A stretch of 64,000 nucleotides of DNA. Origin: Candidatus Latescibacterota bacterium. GTDB lineage: Bacteria > Latescibacterota > UBA2968. Where the stretch lies: positions 2,752,001-2,816,000 of the forward strand of contig OZ244960.1 in the NCBI GenBank assembly GCA_965222605.1, read 5' to 3'. Under the pieces are notes generated by a model. It ran no database searches, had not been told where the DNA came from, and saw only the letters and a program-made list of their open reading frames with translations. Both the position numbers and the translations under genes were made by a program. Below, piece by piece: positions 36,220 to 46,991 of this stretch. Position 1 is the stretch's first letter; every line of letters begins with the position of its first letter.

Positions 36220-37812
36220 ATGATTGATCTATTGGGCTTTATCGGTATAATAGGGATATTTTTGACGTGCGCCGGAACCGTCTGGGCAGAAGGAAACTAC
36301 AGCAAGCTGGTATATCCGGGATCTGACGGGCGACTGGTCTATGTACCGGATGAAAAGGGCAATATAATTCCAGACTTTTCGCACTGCGGCTACATGGGTG
36401 GTGGCGTGGCACTGCCAGATGTGCCGGTCGTGCTGACCGTTCGACCACAAACCGAAGGAGACGACACAGCGCGATTGCAAGCGGCAATTGATGACGTATC
36501 TGCGCGCGCACGGGACGCCAATGGATTTCGCGGGACCTTGTTATTCCAACGCGGAAAATATCGAATTGGCGAAACCCTGCAGATTCGGGCAAGTGGCATT
36601 GTACTGCGCGGTGAAGGCGCGGGTGAAAATGGCACAGTATTGATCGCAACGGGAAAAGGACAGCGCACATTAATCGAGTTTAAAGGCCGGGGGCGCAGAC
36701 CGCGAGAAATAGAAAACACGCGACAGGCAATAGCGGATGATTATGTTCCAGTGGGAACAAAAACATTCACCATAGCAGATGCTTCGAATTTTGCATTAGG
36801 CGATGACATCATCGTACATCGGCCCAGCACGGCAAAGTGGATTGCAACCATAGGGATGGACCGCATTGAAATGACACATCCCGGAGTCCAGCAATGGAAA
36901 CCTGGCTCCTACGACTTTCACTTTGACCGCACCATAACCACCATAAATGGCAATCGGATAACAATCGACGCGCCAATAGGCAATGCAATTGAACGCGAAT
37001 ACGGCGGCGGATCGATTTACAAATACGAATATCCCGGGCGAATTGAACAGGTCGGCATCGAGAATTTGCACGGCGTATCGGAATTTGACAACCGCGAAAA
37101 AGATCCTCGGCGAAAAGGCGAATTTGTCGATGAAGATCACGCATGGAATTTTGTCGTATTTTCCCAAGTAAAAAATGCATGGGCGCGCAACATAACCTCA
37201 GTTCATTTTGGTTATGCGTGTGTCACAATTGGCAACCAGGCAAAATGGATGACCGTACAGGATAGTCAGTGTCTCGATCCCGTATCAAAAATCATCGGAT
37301 CGCGGCGCTACTCCTTTCCCATCCACGGGCAATTGTCACTCGTGCAACGGTGTTATACCCGGCGAGGGCGTCACGATTATGTGCTACACGCCCGCGTACC
37401 GGGACCAAATGCGTTTGTAGATTGCACAGCGGACATCGCGCACTCCGACACCGGACCCCATCACCGCTGGTCTGTTTGCACCCTATTTGACAACGTAATC
37501 GTAAACGGCAACGCCATCAACGTACAGGATCGGCAAAGCTCGGGCACCGGCCACGGTTGGGCGGGAGCGCAAAAAGTATTGTGGAATTGCGAAGCAGAGA
37601 GTTATATCTTGCAAAAACCCCCAACATCGCAAAATTACGCCATTGGCTGCATCGGCGAGAAACGAGACGGGCGGCACAGACGCGAGGATGGATATTGGGA
37701 ATCGCACGGGCAAAAGGTACATCCGCGCAGTTTGTATTTGAAACAACTCGAAGACCGCCTGGGCATAGAAGCCGTAAAAGCTATAGGAGCACAACTCGGA
37801 GAGGAAAATTAA
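36220..37812 (+). CDS. Secreted parallel beta-helix polysaccharide lyase-like protein
   Basis: IPDFSHCGY, DDTARLQAAID, SGIVLRGEG, GPHHRWS..LFDN. Confidence 0.75.
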   Translation: MIDLLGFIGIIGIFLTCAGTVWAEGNYSKLVYPGSDGRLVYVPDEKGNIIPDFSHCGYMGGGVALPDVPVVLTVRPQTEGDDTARLQAAIDDVSARARDANGFRGTLLFQRGKYRIGETLQIRASGIVLRGEGAGENGTVLIATGKGQRTLIEFKGRGRRPREIENTRQAIADDYVPVGTKTFTIADASNFALGDDIIVHRPSTAKWIATIGMDRIEMTHPGVQQWKPGSYDFHFDRTITTINGNRITIDAPIGNAIEREYGGGSIYKYEYPGRIEQVGIENLHGVSEFDNREKDPRRKGEFVDEDHAWNFVVFSQVKNAWARNITSVHFGYACVTIGNQAKWMTVQDSQCLDPVSKIIGSRRYSFPIHGQLSLVQRCYTRRGRHDYVLHARVPGPNAFVDCTADIAHSDTGPHHRWSVCTLFDNVIVNGNAINVQDRQSSGTGHGWAGAQKVLWNCEAESYILQKPPTSQNYAIGCIGEKRDGRHRREDGYWESHGQKVHPRSLYLKQLEDRLGIEAVKAIGAQLGEEN

Positions 37813-38553
37813 ATGGCAAAACGCAAACGACGCCCGCAAGCGGGACCGGAATTCATGCGGCGCACACAGTTCAAAAATTTGGGTCCAACCGGGCAGGCGC
37901 GCAGAGAACCACCGCCCATGCCCGAATTGCATTACCGGGGCGAAACAGTAGATCTGCCCGATCCCGCGCATATCAAAACAACGGAAATCGATCTGCGTCG
38001 CGCGATAGATGAGCGCAAAAGCGAGCGGGTATTCTTCGACGAACCCATCACATTGGATGCGCTGACCTACTTACTCTGGGCAACGCAGGGCGTGAAGGAA
38101 TTTGAGCAAGGCGAAACATTTCGCACCGTGCCATCGGCGGGTGCGCGTCACGCATTTGAAACCTATATCATAGCAAATAACGTGGAAGGCCTGGATCGCG
38201 GGTTATATCGGTACCTGGCTATGGGACACAAGCTGGGAATAATCGATCAGTCAGAAGAAATTGGCGACAGAATTGCCAATACCACCCTGCAACCAGAACT
38301 GATCCAGACTAGTGCTGCCACATTGATCTGGACAGCGGTAGCTGCGCGAATGACCTGGCGCTACGGCGACCGGGGGTATCGCTACATTCACCTCGATGCC
38401 GGTCATGTGGGGCAGAACCTGTATCTGGGCACCATGGCGGTAAATTGCCGCGCATGCACCAGTGCCGCATTTAACGACGACGAATTAAATCGGGCACTCA
38501 AACTCGACGGCGTCAAACATTTTGCCGTGTATTTTGGCTCGGTAGGAAAATAG
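37813..38553 (+). CDS. SagB/ThcOx-family (nitroreductase-fold) dehydrogenase
   Basis: RKS.R, LLWATQG, RTVPSAGA, RYIHLDAGHVGQNLYL. Confidence 0.9.
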   Translation: MAKRKRRPQAGPEFMRRTQFKNLGPTGQARREPPPMPELHYRGETVDLPDPAHIKTTEIDLRRAIDERKSERVFFDEPITLDALTYLLWATQGVKEFEQGETFRTVPSAGARHAFETYIIANNVEGLDRGLYRYLAMGHKLGIIDQSEEIGDRIANTTLQPELIQTSAATLIWTAVAARMTWRYGDRGYRYIHLDAGHVGQNLYLGTMAVNCRACTSAAFNDDELNRALKLDGVKHFAVYFGSVGK

Positions 38554-38569
38554 ATAAGAGGATAACGCC

Positions 38570-39739
38570 ATGAAAATTGAAGCAATTGACTTTCTGATCC
38601 TGAAAAGCGAACCCGTAACACCGGAATGGCGGCCATTGCGCACCATGCGGGAATATCCCAACGCGCACAAAGTGCGATTTGGACACCAGCTCTTCAAAGG
38701 CGAGGGGATTCGCCTGAAGAAACAGCCAGCTTACCTCACCCTGCTTCGCATCCGCACAGATACAAACCTGGAAACCTGCGGTATTTTTTCTACCGGCTGG
38801 GCACGGGAAGATCTCGAATGGACAGCGCGCACATTCAAAGTTCAATGGGAACCGGAAATTTTAGGCACGAACGCGCTGGACCGGGAGTACATGTGGCACA
38901 AAATGTGGATGGCGCGGCGATATTTTCACATGGCATCCACCGCGCCGCTTGTCCTCATAGACTCGCTCCTGTGGGACCTGGCGGGCCTTCACGCACAACT
39001 ACCCGTCCACAAATTGCTCGGCGGATTTCGAAATCGCGTCCCTGCGTACCTCACCGAAACCGGCATACCTTACGAAGACACCCTGAAATCCGCCCAACGC
39101 GCCATTGACGAGGGCTTCAAGGGCTTCAAAGACCACTCCATGCTGGGCGTGGAAACCAATCTCGCGCTCGCAAAAGACATCCGCGACCTCGTCGGCGACG
39201 AAATGGTGCTCATGCACGATCCAGTACAACAATACTCCGTCGAAGATGCGATCGTAGTCGGACGCCGTCTCGGAGAACTGAATTATCTCTGGATCGAAGA
39301 ACCCCTACAGGAATTCGACATCAACGGTCTAAAGCGGCTGTCGGACGCGATTGATCTTCCAGTAATGGCATTGGAATCCATCCAGGGCAATCCCTATCTC
39401 GCCGCGCCATACCTGGCAAACGGCGCCATCGACATCGTGCGCCAAACAGGACTGGGAATCACGGGACAGATGAAATTGGCCAACCTGGCGGAGATGTTTG
39501 GGCTAAACTGCCACGGGGGAAATCCCCATGTCGTGGCCGCAATCCGAAACGACGATTGGTGGGAAGTCTCCGCCTGGCCCCCCACGGGCGCAGACAGATC
39601 CATATCCTCGGCCTTTGCCGGCTTAATTGAAGAAACGACCGAAGTCAGAGACGGCTACATGTACGTACCGCAAACGCCAGGTCTCGGACGAAAAATCGAT
39701 AGGGAACGAATCGAAGCGCAGACCGTGATCGAGATTTAA
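38570..39739 (+). CDS. Mandelate racemase / muconate lactonizing enzyme family protein
   Basis: LWDLAG, GFKDH, LMHD, WIEEP, PGLG. Confidence 0.88.
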   Translation: MKIEAIDFLILKSEPVTPEWRPLRTMREYPNAHKVRFGHQLFKGEGIRLKKQPAYLTLLRIRTDTNLETCGIFSTGWAREDLEWTARTFKVQWEPEILGTNALDREYMWHKMWMARRYFHMASTAPLVLIDSLLWDLAGLHAQLPVHKLLGGFRNRVPAYLTETGIPYEDTLKSAQRAIDEGFKGFKDHSMLGVETNLALAKDIRDLVGDEMVLMHDPVQQYSVEDAIVVGRRLGELNYLWIEEPLQEFDINGLKRLSDAIDLPVMALESIQGNPYLAAPYLANGAIDIVRQTGLGITGQMKLANLAEMFGLNCHGGNPHVVAAIRNDDWWEVSAWPPTGADRSISSAFAGLIEETTEVRDGYMYVPQTPGLGRKIDRERIEAQTVIEI

Positions 39740-39896
39740 AAAAAAAAGGAGTCCGGAATTCGCCTGGTATCCGGACCTGATTCGCGGGATTGCACAGATC
39801 AATGGGATGCTATTCAAAGTTATCAAAGAGGTAGCTATCCCAGATTTGGAAATTCCAAAGAAAAGATAGAACAGCAGCTATAGGCTTTCCAGTCCC

Positions 39897-40655
39897 TTAC
39901 CCCAACCACCGCTTTCGGGGGAACCGGGCGTATATATACTGGTTGTCGTAAGTATTATCCTGCGCGTAAGACGAATGCCCGCCCAGCAATTCACACGCAT
40001 ATCTCTCGATCTCTTCATCTACCAGATCAACACCCAGCCCTGGCCCTTCGGGAATCGCGATATAACTATCGACCACCTCTGGTTGCGGTGCCATCACCTC
40101 ATACCGCGCCTGAACATCGCCTGTTCGATGCTCCCAGATCAAGAAATTTGGCAGAGTCGCACACAGATGTAGAGACGCGATCTCCCCCACCGGACCCAGC
40201 GATCCATCGTGCGGCGCAAACTGGATATAGTGTGGCCATACCCGCGAGCTTCTTCATCTGAGCCAAACCGCCGAAACGTCCAGCATCCGGCTGAATAACA
40301 TCCACGATCTCGCGTTCAATAAGCTCGCGAGCACCGTAGATATAGGCGAGCCGTTCCCCTTAAACGCTTTCCCCTTGATATCCCACAGCGCCATCTCAAT
40401 CGCCGAAATAGCACCCGCGCCCACAATGCCCGACATCCCGTGGGTTTGCAAAAACATCTTGCTCCACAACCGCTCGATATTAAAGGGATCCTCACCGATA
40501 ATTACGCTCGCCTTGTGGTGAATCTCCGTCTGAATACTCGGCCACCCAGACGCCTCTCCCACGCCATAGATCCCCTCATCCGTAAAAATTCTGCAAAACA
40601 AAAAATTCCTGCCATCCTGCCCAGCGGTATAGGTCTTGACATCCGTGATTTTCAT
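39897..40655 (-). pseudogene. Galactonate dehydratase-like enolase-superfamily pseudogene
   Basis: N-terminus to ALWDIKGKA joins directly to GERL...QPD; further frameshift before HYIQFAPH; three frames, central barrel missing. Confidence 0.85.
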
Positions 40656-40670
40656 TCTTTCACTCCGCGA

Positions 40671-42677
40671 TCATGGATCGCAATGGATCTCGTGCCCTTC
40701 TCCGGGAAACCAGAAAACATCGACAAACACCCCCAGAAAAACCCCGGCGATATAGCCCATAATCATACCCAGGAAAAAGGGGGCATAGTGCCGATAGCGT
40801 TCCAAACCGCCCAACTTCATAATAATCGTCTTCACACCCCACATCAGGAATATACTGAAAGAATTATCCTGCATTTCGACCATGCCACAGATTGTAAATC
40901 CAATCGGATGGATCGGAAAACCTGGGAAGCGATACCGCAGAAAGTAGAGCGTCCCCGTAAAAATGCCGCCGATGCCCATAAACAAAAAGCGATTCCAGTC
41001 CGTAAACAGCACATCGCCCTGAATGCGGGACACCGCCAGACGACTAAAACCCGCCCCATTGAGGGATCCAATACCCTTAAATGTCGTCCGCCCAAAATTG
41101 GCACTGCCAATACCGTAATATCCCTGGTAGAGAACAAACCCCACCACCACCGCCGCGCCGAGCAAACACCCCACGAGCACAGTCGGTGCCACAGACTTGC
41201 GGCTGCGTTTTGCCATCGCCATGCTCAACCGAGGAACATGCGCCATCTGCGTCGTCGCAAACGTCTTCCCATCGGCGACAAGACTCATCGTAAGCGTCAA
41301 AATAGAAGCGCCAGCAGGCCCCAGGTTTCCAACGCCGAGAGCATGCCATGTAAATCCCTGCGCCGTCAAAGGCACCCGAAGATAGACCAGACCGCTCTCC
41401 ACGACAATACGGGACATCCCCACAAACAGAACGAGCATAGCAAACGACCATGCGAGAATCGGACCCGCCCCCATACCCGCGCGAAAAAGCCACAAAAAAA
41501 CAAAACCGCAACACGCCAGCAAGAGCCAGACTGCCGTGCGATAGGGCATAATCTCTTCGGAATCATCTACACTTTTGTCGTTCATAAAAGCTTTGCGAAA
41601 GACGTCTCGAAAATGAGACCGCGCGATCCAGAACCCCCACCCAACAAAAATGACCATCCCCCCAAATGTCATCCAGCCAATAGCTGGATGGCTCGAACTC
41701 CACGGATCGTTCGCGCCCAGATCCAGGCCAAAGCGGTTGAACAACCCCACCACACAGATCTGAACCACATGGAAAAACCACAGACTGAAGAGCACCTCCA
41801 GCTTGGTAAAATACCCCAGACAAAACGTGAGCAACACAAAAGTAGTGACAATACTCGGAAAACCCGGCGCAACCGAGATCACATGCCGCCCATATCGCCC
41901 GGCCAAAAATGGAAACATCGGCAAATTGACCGTGAACCACGTGAAAACATTCCACGCAATAATGGCAAACGTAAGACCAAATCCCCATTGAAAGAGCCGA
42001 TTGCGTACAAGCGTCCTGAGCGTACCCGTCGTACCAGAAACACCCGTGAGTTCCAGCAGCGCGGTAGCAACCGGAAAAGACAGCCGCTCGTATTCCATCC
42101 ACTGTTTCCGCAACAAAACGCTGAGACACAGGTGAATCGTCAAAATACTCGCAATCAGAGCACCCCACCAGAAAAGCACCGAAAACCACTCGCCCCACGG
42201 GAACGCGGCACCGGGCACTTGCCCCTCGTAAAATCCGCGCACGGCATCGCGGTTGGTAATCGTCGTCCAACTCGGCATATAGGGCAAGAGAAGCTCGTCG
42301 AACCGGTTCTCTGGCGATGCGTAATACGCCGGCATCGTGAGCATCTGCATGAACCACACCGTGAGCCACTCGCCCTGCATAGTCGATGCGACAAAGCCGA
42401 TACAGCAAACCGTGAGCAATTCCGTTGGAGAAAACCCGATACCGCGCCGCTCGAGGAAAGCGTTCAGAATCAGAAGACCGACAAAGGGAATGAGCATCGC
42501 CATCGAAAGATGCGAATGGTCAGCCCGCGTTGAATTCACGACAAAGCTGGTATAGGTCGGCCACAGGGGCATGAGCACAGCCATACCCAGCCCAATCAGG
42601 AGGGATCGTTTGGTAATAACGGAAGAGCCTTCGGCGGCTTCGCGTTTGGGAAGGCGCGGTTCTGGAGATGCAGACAT
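40671..42677 (-). CDS. Large polytopic membrane protein (DUF6785/DUF6784-like putative transporter)
   Basis: LLRKQWMEYERLSFP, FPIHPIG, APFFLG; many TM segments. Confidence 0.75.
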   Translation of the reverse strand: MSASPEPRLPKREAAEGSSVITKRSLLIGLGMAVLMPLWPTYTSFVVNSTRADHSHLSMAMLIPFVGLLILNAFLERRGIGFSPTELLTVCCIGFVASTMQGEWLTVWFMQMLTMPAYYASPENRFDELLLPYMPSWTTITNRDAVRGFYEGQVPGAAFPWGEWFSVLFWWGALIASILTIHLCLSVLLRKQWMEYERLSFPVATALLELTGVSGTTGTLRTLVRNRLFQWGFGLTFAIIAWNVFTWFTVNLPMFPFLAGRYGRHVISVAPGFPSIVTTFVLLTFCLGYFTKLEVLFSLWFFHVVQICVVGLFNRFGLDLGANDPWSSSHPAIGWMTFGGMVIFVGWGFWIARSHFRDVFRKAFMNDKSVDDSEEIMPYRTAVWLLLACCGFVFLWLFRAGMGAGPILAWSFAMLVLFVGMSRIVVESGLVYLRVPLTAQGFTWHALGVGNLGPAGASILTLTMSLVADGKTFATTQMAHVPRLSMAMAKRSRKSVAPTVLVGCLLGAAVVVGFVLYQGYYGIGSANFGRTTFKGIGSLNGAGFSRLAVSRIQGDVLFTDWNRFLFMGIGGIFTGTLYFLRYRFPGFPIHPIGFTICGMVEMQDNSFSIFLMWGVKTIIMKLGGLERYRHYAPFFLGMIMGYIAGVFLGVFVDVFWFPGEGHEIHCDP

Positions 42678-42721
42678 AGATAAGGCGAGGATTTTGGGTT
42701 GGGATTGATGGTGGACCGCTG

Positions 42722-42747
42722 GGGACGGCACGGGGACCGTCCCCTAC
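42722..42747. repeat. GTAG-type REP element
   Basis: GGGACGGCACGGGGACCGTCCCCTAC, one mismatch to 14337-14362. Confidence 0.75.
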
Positions 42748-42749
42748 AA

Positions 42750-43733
42750 TTATTCTTCATTAACCGCCTGAAGCAGCGCGTGGATGTATCCGTACGTGTA
42801 CGCAAAACCGACCTGCCTGGCTTCGGGACCAGAAATGCCCGGCACGTGATCGGGCATAATCATATACTCGTAGCCTACTTCCTTAAACGTCCGCAAAGCC
42901 TTGAGCATATCGACATCGCCCTCATCGGGAAACACCTCGACAAAATTGCGAAGCCCGCCCTTGATATTGCGGAAATGTACATTGAAGATTTTCTTGCGCT
43001 CTCCAAAATATCGGATCACGTCATAGGCTTCCTCAGCGGGATTATCCAGGCTCTCGGCCATACAGCCCAGGCAGAAATTCAATCCATTGTACGGACTATC
43101 GTACAAATCGACAAATTTCTTAAACCCATCCACCATACCGAGCACACGCGCAACCCCCCGATACGTCGTCCCATATCCAATGCCCGGATCCGAGGGATGA
43201 CACGCCATCTGAATTTTGTACTCCTCCGCCACAGGCATGATATTCTGCAACCAGTGATCAATGCGCGCCCACATCTCGTCGTCATCCGCAGCACCGCCTT
43301 CAAACTCGCCCAGAGATTGATCCAATTTGTCGTACTCGAACGACGACAGCCTCGCGTCCCCTCGACCATATCGCGGCTCTGTCCGCATATGCCCCAAAAT
43401 CGTGATATTGTAATTAAGCCCGCGCAACCCCGCTTCCGCCGCCATCCTGACCGTCTCACACATGCGCTCAATAGCGCGGTCGCGCTCGTCGCCTGGACCC
43501 AGGAAAATCGCGCCGGCTTCGTTTTTGAAAGCACTGCTAGAACCCAACGGAATGTGCATCATCTCGAGATTGATGCCGTATTTGTCAAATCGGTCGCGCA
43601 GGGATTTCATTACATCCACTGTCCACTCCGACCAGGGATCAGACGGTGTCTGATCGACATTAAACACCCCGAGTTGTGCCAGAACCTCGATATCCGTGTC
43701 GTTTCGACAACCCGCCTGTGTTCCGATATACAT
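42750..43733 (-). CDS. uxuA: Mannonate dehydratase (UxuA-like)
   Basis: PVAEEYKIQMACHPSDP, SPYNGLNFC, VHFRN, MPDHVP. Confidence 0.8.
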   Translation of the reverse strand: MYIGTQAGCRNDTDIEVLAQLGVFNVDQTPSDPWSEWTVDVMKSLRDRFDKYGINLEMMHIPLGSSSAFKNEAGAIFLGPGDERDRAIERMCETVRMAAEAGLRGLNYNITILGHMRTEPRYGRGDARLSSFEYDKLDQSLGEFEGGAADDDEMWARIDHWLQNIMPVAEEYKIQMACHPSDPGIGYGTTYRGVARVLGMVDGFKKFVDLYDSPYNGLNFCLGCMAESLDNPAEEAYDVIRYFGERKKIFNVHFRNIKGGLRNFVEVFPDEGDVDMLKALRTFKEVGYEYMIMPDHVPGISGPEARQVGFAYTYGYIHALLQAVNEE

Positions 43734-43850
43734 GGTAGCCTCCAGATTGTGAAGTTAGACTCGCTTGATAACTGCGTACGCATAGTGCGTTGAATAGTCA
43801 AAATAAGCTCTTTTTATCAACTAGCAAATCAAACAGGGCACACATACACA

Positions 43851-43885
43851 ATCGCCCCTATGGGAAATACCAACATAGGGGCGAT
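43851..43885. repeat. 12-bp inverted repeat, REP-like
   Basis: ATCGCCCCTATG-N11-CATAGGGGCGAT. Confidence 0.6.
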
Positions 43886-43913
43886 AGATGACAAAGACAA
43901 ATGTAGCGGCACA

Positions 43914-44915
43914 TCAATCCCAGGGAAGCGGAACCCCCAATCGCGCGCTAACCTCGCGTGCGTTTTCCTGTTCCATCTCGCCATAGCGAATACCCTCGGC
44001 GCGGTGGAGAGCCATGCGTTCTTCTTCAATCGCCCCCGGCAGCAACGCGCGGTCACTTCCCGGCATCGGCTCGTACGTCTCGCGCACCTCTCGCACCATG
44101 CGGTCTGACTCAGCCCGAAAGATCTCCTCGGGAATCGCATTATCAACGTGGATCGCAATAACACAGCCACCCGCACCTGACGCGCTCCATTTTTCTTTCA
44201 TCTCATAAGAAGACGGCAGACTGGTACCTGCCAGCCCACCACCCATAATCGAAGCCACAGCCGTGTACCCAATACTCTTAAAAAAAGCAGCCGGAATCAC
44301 CTCAAACAAAGCCTCAAACTCTGGTCCCCGCTGGTAATCCGCCAAAATACAAGTCGCCGCGTCGAGCACAATCGGAGGCTCATCCCCAGAGGGAATCGCA
44401 AAACATATTGGAGGATTGCCAAAATAGCCGAGTAGTGGTCCCCTCCCATCCGTCTCTGCATTGCCCTGCTGCCTGCCCTGCACGCAAAAACCAATACACC
44501 CCGCCTCGGAACACATCCGCGCATAGTGCCCCGCCGATCCAATATGCCCCACATGCCGCGCCAGGCCCATACCCATACCGACCTCCTGAGCTTTGCGAAT
44601 CGCGTGCTCCGCCGCGCGCACCATCGGGAGATACCCCACCGTACCATCCCCATCAATAACAGTACACGTCGGCGTCTCGTGAACCACCCGCACATTGGGA
44701 CGCGGATTGAGATTCCCATTTTCAAAACTCTTGCAATAGCCATTGACCGTGCGCGTGCCGTGGCTGCGAACGCCTCGCAGATCGCTATTGACCAGAAGGC
44801 GACTGATAACCCTCGCGTGATCGGTCTCGAGCTTGGCCTTTTCAAAACAAGCCGCGGCAAAATCCAGAAGGCGGTCTTCATAGACGTGAACAAATAATTC
44901 AGGAGGTTGGTTCAT
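43914..44915 (-). CDS. Ldh_2-family oxidoreductase (malate/L-sulfolactate dehydrogenase-like)
   Basis: DLRGVRSHG, GHIGSAGHY, GNPPICFAIP, LPG. Confidence 0.88.
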   Translation of the reverse strand: MNQPPELFVHVYEDRLLDFAAACFEKAKLETDHARVISRLLVNSDLRGVRSHGTRTVNGYCKSFENGNLNPRPNVRVVHETPTCTVIDGDGTVGYLPMVRAAEHAIRKAQEVGMGMGLARHVGHIGSAGHYARMCSEAGCIGFCVQGRQQGNAETDGRGPLLGYFGNPPICFAIPSGDEPPIVLDAATCILADYQRGPEFEALFEVIPAAFFKSIGYTAVASIMGGGLAGTSLPSSYEMKEKWSASGAGGCVIAIHVDNAIPEEIFRAESDRMVREVRETYEPMPGSDRALLPGAIEEERMALHRAEGIRYGEMEQENAREVSARLGVPLPWD

Positions 44916-44945
44916 AAAAATAATCCAAAAGTGAAAAGTGGACCT

Positions 44946-45779
44946 CTAAGACCACAGATAAACCTCGGGGTCGTCCTCAGACATACCGATAAACGATGCC
45001 AGCACAACACGGGGCTGAGAGCCTATGACAAAAGGAACTTCGTGAATCGTCTCGGAATAAAAAAAGTAGAGATCACCCGGCTCCAGGCTGATCTGCACGC
45101 GCGCAATCCCCTCCTCCTCCGCGTATTCGCGAAACCGCTTCTCCTCGAGAGGGCGTTGAAACGCCGGCGACATAGGTGCCCTGTACAGAATACCCTCGCC
45201 GCTATCACCTCGATCTTCGCTATTCTGAAAACAGAGCACACCCGCAAACTGATGCATGAACCGGGAAACTGTAAAATTGTAGCGTTTGGACCGCTTGGAC
45301 ACGGAATCGTAATGCGGGTAATGCCCCACGCCCTCGTGATAAGTTCTAAAAATAGCGGGACCGTAAAGGCGACCATCAACGCTCCGAGCCGTCATAACCC
45401 GCTTGTCTGGAAGCATCCTGGCAAGCGCATCGTACAGCGTCTTTACGGGATCATCATACCCATCAAACAGAGATGAGAAAAGATCATGCGTCTGCCGAGA
45501 ATATTCGTAAAAGGCATCTGGATCATTCCCGTGGTGCCCCAAACTCGTACCAATATCGACCCGACGAGGACTACCATCACCCACCTTGCGCGGATCGTAG
45601 AGCAAACCGAGTTTGTAGAACCGCTCCATAAGTGCCGCACAGTGATCCGACGGAAACGCACGGCGCACAATAACCGCGGGTACCTCGCTCGCCATCATCG
45701 CATCGAACGGCCGCGGAACCTCCGCGAGAATCTCATCAACAGTACCTTCGACAGGGGACCAGATCGCTGTTTGAGACAT
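44946..45779 (-). CDS. 2OG-Fe(II) oxygenase-like protein
   Basis: HYD...PGDLYFF...IHEV.....R. Confidence 0.7.
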   Translation of the reverse strand: MSQTAIWSPVEGTVDEILAEVPRPFDAMMASEVPAVIVRRAFPSDHCAALMERFYKLGLLYDPRKVGDGSPRRVDIGTSLGHHGNDPDAFYEYSRQTHDLFSSLFDGYDDPVKTLYDALARMLPDKRVMTARSVDGRLYGPAIFRTYHEGVGHYPHYDSVSKRSKRYNFTVSRFMHQFAGVLCFQNSEDRGDSGEGILYRAPMSPAFQRPLEEKRFREYAEEEGIARVQISLEPGDLYFFYSETIHEVPFVIGSQPRVVLASFIGMSEDDPEVYLWS

Positions 45780-45798
45780 CGTGTTCTCCTCTCACAGC

Positions 45799-46890
45799 TT
45801 ACACAGAACTTAAAGGCTCTGAAATCGCGGCGATCTTCTCCTCATCCAATTCCATCCCCAGACCCGGGCCTTTGGGTACGATCACATAACCCTTCTCGTA
45901 TTGTATGCGCTCTTTCACCACATCGCTCTCGTAAAGCAACCCACCCGTTGGATCGCCCGGATAATCGAGATTTTCCACCACAGAACCAAACATCGCCTGA
46001 GCGGCCACGCCAATGGACAGCTCCTGCGTCGTTCCCACCAAACACGACAGACCAGCCGCATCGGCGACCTGCGCGATATGCAGCGCATTTGTGAATCCGC
46101 CCGCTCCCGACAAACTAATATTAAAAATATCGACATACCGGTGTCGGACAAACTGATAGGCGTGATCCAGTGAACTGACATGCTCACTGACGGGCAGATC
46201 AATGCGCTTTCGCACCTCGTATTGTCCCTCGAGATCTCTCCGGTCAGAAACGGATTCCAGGTGGAAAGGCCTGTAGTACTTCAGCAGAACCTCCAGTGCC
46301 TGCACGACCCGTTTCCATTTGTGCGCGCCGCTAAAATCAAGTGACTTCAATACGAACTGATCGCCCCAGGACGACTTCACGCCATCCAAAAATATCTCAT
46401 CTGCCTCCACATTGCCGCCGTGATACAGCCGAAACAGATCCTGGCCCTCTTTCATCCGACGATTGACCCGCGCAATATTCGCCTCGGCATCTTCCCTGGA
46501 ATAATTCCTGAAAATCGGATAACACACGCGCCACTTATCCCTCAGCGACCCGCCAAACACACCCGCAACCGACTGACCCTGAATCTTGCCGATCAAATCG
46601 AAAAGACCGATCTCAAACCCCGCTCGAATCGCCCCACCCATTCGAAACCGAGACCTCGCCTCTATCGCGATCGTACGCCACGCCAGCGGATCCCTTCCCA
46701 CGAGCAACGACTCGTAGGCTCCCTTGACATCATTGAGATCGTACATAACACCCCAGTCGCCCACATCGGACATCTCCCCCAAACCGATCAAACCCTCATC
46801 CGTATGCATGCGAATAATGACGTGACGAGATAATTGTCCAGTCTCACGCCTCGACGCAACAGGGGTCAAATCAACACTCGTGATTTTCAT
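45799..46890 (-). CDS. Mandelate racemase / muconate lactonizing enzyme family protein
   Basis: TDEGLIGLGE, LFDLIGK, SLD / HLE / SEH metal ligands, PKGPGLG. Confidence 0.88.
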   Translation of the reverse strand: MKITSVDLTPVASRRETGQLSRHVIIRMHTDEGLIGLGEMSDVGDWGVMYDLNDVKGAYESLLVGRDPLAWRTIAIEARSRFRMGGAIRAGFEIGLFDLIGKIQGQSVAGVFGGSLRDKWRVCYPIFRNYSREDAEANIARVNRRMKEGQDLFRLYHGGNVEADEIFLDGVKSSWGDQFVLKSLDFSGAHKWKRVVQALEVLLKYYRPFHLESVSDRRDLEGQYEVRKRIDLPVSEHVSSLDHAYQFVRHRYVDIFNISLSGAGGFTNALHIAQVADAAGLSCLVGTTQELSIGVAAQAMFGSVVENLDYPGDPTGGLLYESDVVKERIQYEKGYVIVPKGPGLGMELDEEKIAAISEPLSSV

Positions 46891-46991
46891 AGCGACTCTC
46901 CTTTACCAATGCCAGCCAAGGGGTGTACAACTCCGCCAAAAGTTCATCCACATGGTTACAGAACTCAAAATTAGTGGGATTGTGGACTAAT

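Noticed and set aside
37813-38553. SagB-like gene as a sign of a RiPP (TOMM) cluster
   Set aside because: No YcaO cyclodehydratase or precursor peptide nearby; stand-alone members are common
40440-42533. 697-aa plus-strand ORF
   Set aside because: Antisense shadow of the hydrophobic membrane-protein gene; Arg/Pro/His-rich, no motifs, no RBS
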